Below are positions 6,367 to 11,754 of a DNA stretch of 11,754 bases, piece after piece. Below the pieces are notes generated by a model. It was not told where the DNA came from and searched no databases. It saw only the letters and a list, made by a program, of their open reading frames with translations. Origin of the DNA: a virus (taxonomy: Duplodnaviria > Heunggongvirae > Uroviricota > Caudoviricetes); IMG/VR virus record IMGVR_UViG_2671181100_000003, positions 1 to 11,754 of that record; one strand, 5' to 3'. Positions within the stretch are counted from its first letter, which is position 1. Each line of letters opens with the position of its first letter. Made by a program: the position numbers and the translations under genes.

Positions 6367-6855
6367 ATGAGTCTTTTGAATGACGTTCAGAAATTCATTG
6401 AAGCCCATCCGGGGTGTACTTCCGGAGACATTGCGGATGCTTTTGCAGGTTACTCACGACAGCGCGTTCTGCAGTCAGCAAGCAAGTTACGTCAGAGTGG
6501 GCGTGTGGCTCACCGTTGTGAAGGGGATACACGCAGACATTTCCCGCGGCTGACTGAGATACCGCAGGAGCCGGAACCGCAACCAGTTCGTGAATCCAGA
6601 CCTGTGCGCAATTTCTATGTCGGCACTAACGATCCCCGGGTGATTTTGTGCCTGACCCGCCAGGCGGAAGAACTGGAGTCCAGGGGCTTATACCGTCGTG
6701 CTGCAACGGTGTGGATGGCGGCATTCCGTGAAAGCCACTCCCAGCAAGAGCGAAACAATTTTCTTGCGCGTCGTGAGCGGTGTTTACGGAAAAGCAGCAA
6801 GCGCGCTGTATCGGGTGAAGAGTGGTATCTGTCAGGGAATTACGTGGGGGCTTAA
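6367..6855 (+). CDS. Putative transcriptional regulator: N-terminal winged-helix-like region plus PerC-like C-terminal motif
   Basis: ORF-track frame 6361..6855 trimmed to ATG 6367 (GGGGG 5 nt upstream, overlapping the O-like stop). The C-terminal motif AEELESRGLYRRAATVWMAAF resembles the PerC/Pch activator signature as I recall it. The size (162-164 aa) matches my recollection of YfdN. Confidence 0.55.
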   Translation: MSLLNDVQKFIEAHPGCTSGDIADAFAGYSRQRVLQSASKLRQSGRVAHRCEGDTRRHFPRLTEIPQEPEPQPVRESRPVRNFYVGTNDPRVILCLTRQAEELESRGLYRRAATVWMAAFRESHSQQERNNFLARRERCLRKSSKRAVSGEEWYLSGNYVGA

Positions 6856-7181
6856 TGACGACGTTAACTCAATGCCAGCAGCAGGTGCTGGATATGCTGA
6901 TTTCTTATCAGAAAGAACGTGGCTTCCCGCCAACCAATCAGGAGGTGGCAACCATGCTGGGATACCGTTCAGTGAATGCAGCGGTGGAGCATCTTCGCGC
7001 ACTGGAGAAAAAAGGCGTCATCACGATAAAGCGTGGCGTGGCCCGGGGCATCACGCTTCATACCGCGGTGAAGGACGACGACAGCGAGGCGGCCGGGATT
7101 ATCCGCGCACTGCTTGCTGGTGAGGAAAACGCCAGGCTGCGTGCAGCCCACTGGTTACATGAGAGGGGCCTGAAAGTATGA
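6855..7181 (+). CDS. LexA DNA-binding-domain-like protein lacking the S24 peptidase domain
   Basis: ORF-track frame trimmed to ATG 6855 (TAATG overlap with the upstream stop; GGGGG upstream). LTQCQQQVLDMLISYQKERGFPPTNQEVATMLGYRSVNAAVEHLRALEKKGVITIKRGVARGITL aligns by eye with the LexA N-terminus ([65 protein letters not shown]). The 108-aa product stops before any protease domain. Confidence 0.75.
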   Translation: MTTLTQCQQQVLDMLISYQKERGFPPTNQEVATMLGYRSVNAAVEHLRALEKKGVITIKRGVARGITLHTAVKDDDSEAAGIIRALLAGEENARLRAAHWLHERGLKV

Positions 7182-7567
7182 AGCTGATCCTGCCTTTTCC
7201 GCCCAGCGTGAACACGCACTGGCGACACCCCAACAAAGGGGCGTTTGCTGGTAAGAGCCTGATAAGCGCGGCGGGGCGAAAATTCCAGAGCGCGGCGTGC
7301 GCAGCAATAGTTGAGCAGTTACGTCGTCTGCCAAAACCAACGTCGGCACCTGCTTCAGTGGAGATCGTGTTGTTTCCTCCGGATAACCGGATCCGCGATC
7401 TGGACAACTATAACAAGGCGCTGTTTGACGCCCTGACCCACGCGGGTGTGTGGGAAGACGACAGTCAGGTGAAAAGAATGCTGGTGGAGTGGGGACCGGT
7501 TATCCCGGAAGGGAAGGTCGAGATCACTATCAGTAAGTACGAGAAACCGGCGGGTGCAGCCGCCTGA
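7178..7567 (+). CDS. rusA: RusA-family Holliday junction resolvase
   Basis: 129 aa with ATGA overlap to the upstream gene. Motifs LPFPPSVN, DLDNYNKALFDALT and GVWEDDSQV match the RusA family. Confidence 0.85.
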   Translation: MKLILPFPPSVNTHWRHPNKGAFAGKSLISAAGRKFQSAACAAIVEQLRRLPKPTSAPASVEIVLFPPDNRIRDLDNYNKALFDALTHAGVWEDDSQVKRMLVEWGPVIPEGKVEITISKYEKPAGAAA

Positions 7568-7586
7568 TTAAGAGGAGAAACGAAGT

Positions 7587-8384
7587 ATGAATAATCTGAT
7601 GGTTATTGATGGTATTGAAGTTCGTCGTGATGCTTATGGGCGTTACAGCCTGAACGATCTGCACAGGGCTGCCGGTTCTCTGGATAAACATAAGCCTGCA
7701 TTCTGGCTCCGCAATGAGCAAACTGAACGTTTAATAAGCGAGTTGCAGATTTGCAACTCGGTCAATATAGAGCCAGTTAACGTTATTCGTGGAGGAAATA
7801 ACCAGGGGACGTATGTCTGCAAAGAACTGGTGTATGCCTATGCAATGTGGATCAGCCCGTCATTCCATCTGAAGGTGATCCGTACTTTCGATATGGTAAC
7901 CAGCACACCGGAAAAATTATCCGGGCAGGCTGCTGACAAGATGCAGGCTGGCGTGATCCTGCTGGACTTTATGCGCCGGGAGTTAAACCTGTCTAACTCT
8001 TCAGTGCTTGGTGCCTGTCAGAAACTCCAGGAGGCTGTTGGCTTACCGAATCTGGCACCGCGCTATGCCATTGATGCTCCTGCTGACGCGCCTGATGGCT
8101 CAAGCCGCCCCACGCTGTCACTGAGTGCACTGCTGAAGCAGTATGGTATCCGCCTGACAGCTAATCAGGCATATCACCAGATGGTGAAGCTGGGGATCGT
8201 CGAGCAGCGCGAACGATACAGCCGTACCGCGATTAACAACATCAAAAAATTCTGGTCACTGACAGCGAAAGGCTGCATGTTCGGCAAGAACATCACCAGT
8301 CCCGCAAATCCGCGCGAGACGCAGCCGCATTTCTTCGAATCCCGATTCCCTGAGCTGTTAAAGCTGCTCGATACCGTTCATTGA
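7587..8384 (+). CDS. KilA-N domain protein (N-terminal KilA-N DNA-binding domain, uncharacterised C-terminal domain)
   Basis: 265 aa with strong RBS AAGAGGAGAAA. N-terminal YSLNDLHRAAG...KPAFWLRNEQTERLI...IRGGNNQGTYVCKELVYAYAMWISPSFHLKVIRTFD fits the KilA-N fold. Confidence 0.8.
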   Translation: MNNLMVIDGIEVRRDAYGRYSLNDLHRAAGSLDKHKPAFWLRNEQTERLISELQICNSVNIEPVNVIRGGNNQGTYVCKELVYAYAMWISPSFHLKVIRTFDMVTSTPEKLSGQAADKMQAGVILLDFMRRELNLSNSSVLGACQKLQEAVGLPNLAPRYAIDAPADAPDGSSRPTLSLSALLKQYGIRLTANQAYHQMVKLGIVEQRERYSRTAINNIKKFWSLTAKGCMFGKNITSPANPRETQPHFFESRFPELLKLLDTVH

Positions 8385-8385
8385 G

Positions 8386-9381
8386 GTGACCGTGAGAGCG
8401 CTACTGACCCCTGAAATTGCCCCGCGTATGGGGATCGTATTGTTCAGGCCAGGTTCAGAGCTGATGCCCCTGTTTATGCAGGGCCGTGTTCTGCTGGAGC
8501 CTGAGCCGGAGCGTTATTCATCTTTCGCCAGTGGTGCCGTTCCTGCGGCATCACAACCGCTGGCGGATGATCCTGCCGTTCTGGCCGTGTTCCGTAATGA
8601 GGCAGTGATTCGTCGTGCTGGTGGGGTGGAATGTCTTGAAAGCTGGTTACTTCGTGAAAAAGGCTGCCAGTGGCCTCATTCCGACTGGCACAGCGAGAAC
8701 ATGACCACAATGCGACACGCGCCGGGCGCAATCCGTCTGTGCTGGCACTGCGATAACCAGCTTCGCGATCAGTTCACGGAACGGCTGGAATCAATGGCAA
8801 CGGATAACTGTGCCCGCTGGGTGTTGTCTGTTGTGCGTCGGGATCTCGGTTTTGATGATAGTCACGTTGTGACAATGCCGGAACTGTGCTGGTGGCTGAT
8901 TCGTAATGATCTGGCAGATGCCTTACCGGAAAGTGCAGCCCGTAAGGCACTGAGATTACCGAAGCCTGTTGTGCCGTCTGTCACCCGGGAAAGTGACCTT
9001 GTGCCTTCGGTTCCTGCCACCAGCATCATCCAGGATAAGGCGAAAAAGGTGCTGGCGCTGAAAGTGGATCCGGAGTCGCCGGAGTCTTTTATGTTACGCC
9101 CAAAACGCCGCCGCTGGGTTAATGAAAAGTACACGCGCTGGGTTAAGACACAGCCGTGTGCATGTTGTGGAAAGCCTGCTGATGATCCCCACCACCTGAT
9201 AGGTCACGGTCAGGGTGGAATGGGTACAAAAGCGCATGACCTCTTTGTGTTGCCTTTGTGCAGAAAGCATCACGACGAGCTGCATGCGGATACCGTGGCA
9301 TTTGAAGAGAAGTATGGCTCCCAACTGGAGCTGATATTTCGTTTTATCGATCGCGCGCTGGCGATTGGTGTGTTGGCCTGA
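8386..9381 (+). CDS. DUF968-like nin-region protein with C-terminal Cys/His-rich (HNH-like) motif
   Basis: 331 aa from GTG 8386 (start uncertain; internal ATG at 8428). C-terminal CACCGKPADDPHHLIGHG...LCRKHHDELH suggests a zinc-binding nuclease-like motif. Family assignment from memory of YdfU-like prophage proteins. Confidence 0.55.
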   Translation: MTVRALLTPEIAPRMGIVLFRPGSELMPLFMQGRVLLEPEPERYSSFASGAVPAASQPLADDPAVLAVFRNEAVIRRAGGVECLESWLLREKGCQWPHSDWHSENMTTMRHAPGAIRLCWHCDNQLRDQFTERLESMATDNCARWVLSVVRRDLGFDDSHVVTMPELCWWLIRNDLADALPESAARKALRLPKPVVPSVTRESDLVPSVPATSIIQDKAKKVLALKVDPESPESFMLRPKRRRWVNEKYTRWVKTQPCACCGKPADDPHHLIGHGQGGMGTKAHDLFVLPLCRKHHDELHADTVAFEEKYGSQLELIFRFIDRALAIGVLA

Positions 9382-9398
9382 TTTGGTGGAGAAAGTTG

Positions 9399-9764
9399 AT
9401 GCGTGATATTCAGATGGTTCTGGAGCGTTGGGGAGCATGGGCGGCGAGTGATAGTTCTGGAGTAGACTATTCGCCTATAGCTGCTGGGTTTAAGGGGCTT
9501 CTTCCCTACACAAGCAAAACACGTCAGGCTTGTTCAGATAGTGATGCATTAATTATTGAAGGTTGTCTTGCTCGTCTAAAGCAAAAAAAGCCAGATGAGC
9601 ACTCGCTGCTTGTGGCACATTATTTATACAGAATATCCAAGCGTAAGATTGCAAAGGTGCGTGGAAAGGATGAAAAATTGGTACGCATAGAAATACAACT
9701 AGCCGAAGGATTTATTGATGGTTGCCTTTCAATGTTGGATGTTAACCTTGAAATGGACGCTTAG
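9399..9764 (+). CDS. Late-gene antiterminator Q (small Q family)
   Basis: ORF-track frame 9396..9764 trimmed to ATG 9399 (GGAG 7 nt upstream). The N-terminal motif DIQMVLERWGAWAA...DYSPIAAGFKGLLP matches my recollection of the small antitermination-Q family. Last gene of the rightward early operon. Confidence 0.7.
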   Translation: MRDIQMVLERWGAWAASDSSGVDYSPIAAGFKGLLPYTSKTRQACSDSDALIIEGCLARLKQKKPDEHSLLVAHYLYRISKRKIAKVRGKDEKLVRIEIQLAEGFIDGCLSMLDVNLEMDA

Positions 9765-9770
9765 GGTTGC

Positions 9771-9800
9771 ACAGGTTGGCCCCATATGAGGCCAACCTGT
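9771..9800. other. Perfect 11-bp inverted repeat (hairpin) between convergent Q and membrane-protein genes
   Basis: ACAGGTTGGCC (9771-9781) / GGCCAACCTGT (9790-9800) with an 8-nt loop. It starts 7 nt after the Q stop and abuts the membrane-protein stop codon (9800-9802). No adjacent U-tract on either strand, so not a canonical intrinsic terminator. Confidence 0.4.
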
Positions 9801-10261
9801 CACAAGTGGGGGAAGATTTTTCGTAACACTAACCAACACCTTCCGAAGGTATATAGCGAAATTATAAGGGAGGATAAGCCTAACAGTATGAATAGGAAAT
9901 CAATAGGTTTGCCCGCAACAATAACATCATCTGGTAGAAACATCGCTATCAATGGAAATATACATGCGACGATGAGAGTTAACCCTGTTGAAAGTAATCG
10001 ATTTACCAGAGTTGGTAACACGTTGTTTTGCTTAAGGGCATTAATTGCTCCTTCCTTATCGCTGTTTGCACTACTAAATATAGATATTGCAGCCAGAACA
10101 AAACCAAACAGGATGCCTGATATAGTCGAGAGCACCCCCGCTGTTGTGAGTACGTCAGCATGCTTCATCGGTTTAAACAGTTTTGTCGCTGCATAGGTCA
10201 ACAGAATCCAGAGGACGCATTTCCAGAGAAAAGTGGCTAATTCTCTCATTGTGTCCTCCAT
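9800..10261 (-). CDS. Small integral membrane protein, four predicted TM helices (second gene of the two-gene cassette)
   Basis: 153-aa ORF; the likely start is the second ATG at 10249 (GGAGG 5 nt upstream), giving 149 aa. Four hydrophobic segments (~residues 10-28, 37-63, 85-109, 120-140) with short loops and no soluble domain. Separated by ~20 nt from the upstream 313-aa gene. Confidence 0.6.
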   Translation of the reverse strand: MEDTMRELATFLWKCVLWILLTYAATKLFKPMKHADVLTTAGVLSTISGILFGFVLAAISIFSSANSDKEGAINALKQNNVLPTLVNRLLSTGLTLIVACIFPLIAMFLPDDVIVAGKPIDFLFILLGLSSLIISLYTFGRCWLVLRKIFPHL

Positions 10262-10270
10262 GCTTGGTTA

Positions 10271-11212
10271 TTAGTCTCTGCTAGCGAGCTCATACTGTGC
10301 AAGATAGTTCGCGTTATCAATTTTAGCAGATATCATCGCCGTTCTGATATCAGAATCGGATGGATAACCGCTTTTGACAATGATTGTCTTTGTACTGACC
10401 AATACTTGGTCAAGTAGACTTTTGGGCGTTCTATTGGATGGCTCTGTTACATCAATTTTTTTAATTTTTAGACCTCCAGAACCTTTTGGAAAAAGTTCAA
10501 GTAGTTCCTTAATAGCATCGGTGACAGAAGTTTTTAGATAGTTAAAACCTTGTTTTTTCGGGCGAATCCGACCTCGCATATTTAATCTTAGATGCGACCC
10601 GCCCATACCAACAACCATGTCAATAATTTCATTAGCTAAAGGGTTTTTAATCTTATAATTAGCTTTGTTAAAGTTTCTTGGAGCAGCAACTATAAGATCG
10701 AAACTACGTAGGATATTTCCGTCCTCAAGCAGTTCCTTCATGCTCTCTTGTTTCCAAATGGCTTCAAAAGTGACGCTTTTTAAATCAGTTTTGTTATACA
10801 AAATGAATGCCAGATCATTTACTTTGGGCCCTATATGGTTGAGGGTCATAGCTAATAAATCCGTTTCGTAGTAATAGATAAAATATGTTCTTTCAACTAC
10901 AGAATCTTTATCATTTAAAGGAATTGTTCTCTCACTACCTGTAGCATCCTCGATGAACGGTAGTAGGCATTCCCTTCTCCACGATACGTAACCAAAGTAA
11001 CATTGCAGTGTGGTATCTTTTTGAAGAATAACTAACTTTAACCCTCGATTTGGGGTGTCTGTTGTGTAAGTTATTGGAAAAGTTACAGTATCTGCTGTGG
11101 TCATTTGCTCAAAGGCTAGTTTTGCAGCAGATGTGCCATCTTTTTTGCTTCCATTACCAGTGAAAAAACCAACTCTCACTCGCCTAGTTTTATTCTTATT
11201 TTCTGTACTCAT
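10271..11212 (-). CDS. Uncharacterised 313-aa soluble protein (first gene of the two-gene cassette)
   Basis: Long ORF with no recognisable catalytic motif by eye (no Walker A, no clear nucleotidyltransferase GS...DxD). K/N/T-rich, GC ~35-42%. Opposite in orientation to all flanking phage genes. Confidence 0.65.
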   Translation of the reverse strand: MSTENKNKTRRVRVGFFTGNGSKKDGTSAAKLAFEQMTTADTVTFPITYTTDTPNRGLKLVILQKDTTLQCYFGYVSWRRECLLPFIEDATGSERTIPLNDKDSVVERTYFIYYYETDLLAMTLNHIGPKVNDLAFILYNKTDLKSVTFEAIWKQESMKELLEDGNILRSFDLIVAAPRNFNKANYKIKNPLANEIIDMVVGMGGSHLRLNMRGRIRPKKQGFNYLKTSVTDAIKELLELFPKGSGGLKIKKIDVTEPSNRTPKSLLDQVLVSTKTIIVKSGYPSDSDIRTAMISAKIDNANYLAQYELASRD

Positions 11213-11227
11213 TATCGATCCGAAATA

Positions 11228-11257
11228 ATTTTAGCAACCGTGTGAAAAATACAACAA
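11228..11257 (-). promoter_or_regulatory. Candidate promoter of the two-gene cassette
   Basis: Minus-strand -10 TAAAAT (plus 11228-11233) with -35 TTGTTG (plus 11252-11257, 18-bp spacer) or TTGTAT (15-bp spacer). Leader to the ATG would be under 15 nt and the RBS is weak, so confidence is low. Confidence 0.2.
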
Positions 11258-11334
11258 AAAAAAGAGGAAATCATTAGCGCGGTCCGCAAAAAACATTGTA
11301 ATCTGTTAAGAGTGGTTACTTCGCCACACAACTT

Positions 11335-11359
11335 AAACCCGCCGCTGAGCGGTTTTTTT
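11335..11359 (+). terminator. Hairpin plus T7 tract (intrinsic terminator-like) on the plus strand upstream of the small ORF at 11481
   Basis: AAACCCGCCGCTGAGCGGTTTTTTT: stem CCGC/GCGG (extendable with a bulge) then seven T. Would terminate plus-strand transcripts that have crossed the cassette antisense; could be a tR'-like site. Confidence 0.35.
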
Positions 11360-11409
11360 GTACCTGTAAACCTGGTGCAGTACAGTAAACACGCTGGTGG
11401 TCGTGAATA

Positions 11410-11436
11410 CTGGCTTTTTATCTTGCTGGCTTTTTA
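11410..11436. repeat. Direct repeat CTGGCTTTTTA x2 (16-bp period) upstream of the 11481 ORF
   Basis: Exact 11-bp copies at 11410-11420 and 11426-11436; candidate regulator binding sites or part of a late promoter/qut region. Confidence 0.3.
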
Positions 11437-11480
11437 GACAAGAGTTATTGGTATGTCATGTTAACCAGAAGGGAAAAAAC

Positions 11481-11684
11481 ATGCTAAAACAGCAAGATAT
11501 GACAGAAACCGCCGCCGCAGTCCTTCATTTCTTACCTGCTGACAAGTGGGTAACGCCACGCATGATGACGAGAACTACCGGAGTAAGCGAAGCCCGGTGC
11601 CAGTTAATACTGACTCAGTTAGTTCTGGCGGGTCTGGCGAAGGATAACGGCGGGTACGGGAATAAATTCAGACGCTGCCAGTAA
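11481..11684 (+). CDS. Small hypothetical protein (67 aa), possibly winged-helix DNA-binding
   Basis: ORF-track frame 11397..11684 trimmed to ATG 11481 (AAGGGA 6 nt upstream). Translation MLKQQDMTETAAAVLHFLPADKWVTPRMMTRTTGVSEARCQLILTQLVLAGLAKDNGG looks like a small winged-helix regulator. Confidence 0.45.
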   Translation: MLKQQDMTETAAAVLHFLPADKWVTPRMMTRTTGVSEARCQLILTQLVLAGLAKDNGGYGNKFRRCQ

Positions 11685-11754
11685 TGGCGGTTTCCTGCTG
11701 TGAAAATGGGCGGCTGGTGGGTGTTGGTAGCACCTGCCAGCCATTCGCTCATGC
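11684..11754 (+). CDS. Possible start of a further gene (partial, runs off the right edge)
   Basis: ATG at 11684 overlaps the preceding stop (TAATG); the frame stays open to the window end (MAVSCCENGRLVGVGSTCQPFAH...). Too short to judge. Confidence 0.2.
   Translation, partial: MAVSCCENGRLVGVGSTCQPFAH

Noticed and set aside
9786-10196. Plus-strand 136-aa ORF downstream of Q (considered as a possible holin, first late gene)
   Set aside because: It is antisense to the four-helix membrane-protein gene, which has a strong SD and operon linkage to the 313-aa gene. The plus-frame product lacks a holin-like charged C-terminus, and its strongest SD is 13 nt from the ATG.
506-10871. Remaining ORF-track entries (506..691, 1197..1442, 2072..2413, 4248..4439, 4897..5166, 5143..5415, 5428..5649, 5812..6081, 5930..6154, 6126..6383, 6615..6800, 6698..7123, 6969..7151, 7099..7407, 7155..7349, 7530..7721, 8474..8731, 8862..9134, 9094..9438, 10665..10871)
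   Set aside because: Each is antisense to, or in an alternative frame of, a longer gene with better start context and a recognisable product. Their translations are low-complexity or R/P/S-rich, typical of shadow ORFs.
10271-11212. P-loop/Walker A or nucleotidyltransferase motif in the 313-aa protein (GFFTGNGSKK; GMGGS)
   Set aside because: Spacing does not fit GxxxxGK[ST], and no DxD/DxE follows the GS at the expected distance. Not claimed as an NTPase or CD-NTase.
1-11754. tRNA/rRNA genes and canonical SOS boxes (CTGT-N8-ACAG)
   Set aside because: No cloverleaf-compatible sequence with a GTTCRANYC T-loop and no full SOS box seen by eye. A proper tRNAscan and motif scan would be needed to be sure.

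Overview
This 11.75-kb window reads as the early/regulatory half of a lambdoid enterobacterial prophage. Gene content and order resemble the CPS-53/KpLE1-type E. coli prophage as I recall it, but far more complete than the K-12 remnant. Left to right: (1) an IS-type transposase OrfA fragment running off the left edge; (2) a leftward (minus-strand) early operon yfdP-yfdQ-yfdR plus one small downstream ORF; (3) a ~470-bp GC-rich non-coding stretch dense in nested inverted repeats; (4) an AT-rich single-gene insert encoding a coiled-coil/zinc-ribbon protein, convergent with the repressor and carrying its own terminator; (5) the immunity module: cI-like S24 repressor, CTAAG/CTTAG operator clusters on both sides, P22-type cro; (6) a rightward early operon of translationally coupled genes: CII-like protein, a two-frame overlap of small ORFs, O-like initiator with an internal iteron origin, PerC-like regulator, LexA-DNA-binding-domain-only protein, RusA, KilA-N protein, DUF968-like protein, Q antiterminator; (7) an AT-rich opposite-strand two-gene cassette (313-aa soluble protein + ~150-aa four-helix membrane protein) between Q and the presumed late region; (8) a small winged-helix-like ORF. 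I rank the two-gene cassette as the best candidate for an uncharacterised accessory system, possibly anti-phage/abortive-infection, by architecture and position only. No tRNA, rRNA or CRISPR array was seen. Everything is from reading the sequence and the ORF translations; no database search was run, and family names are from recollection of motifs.
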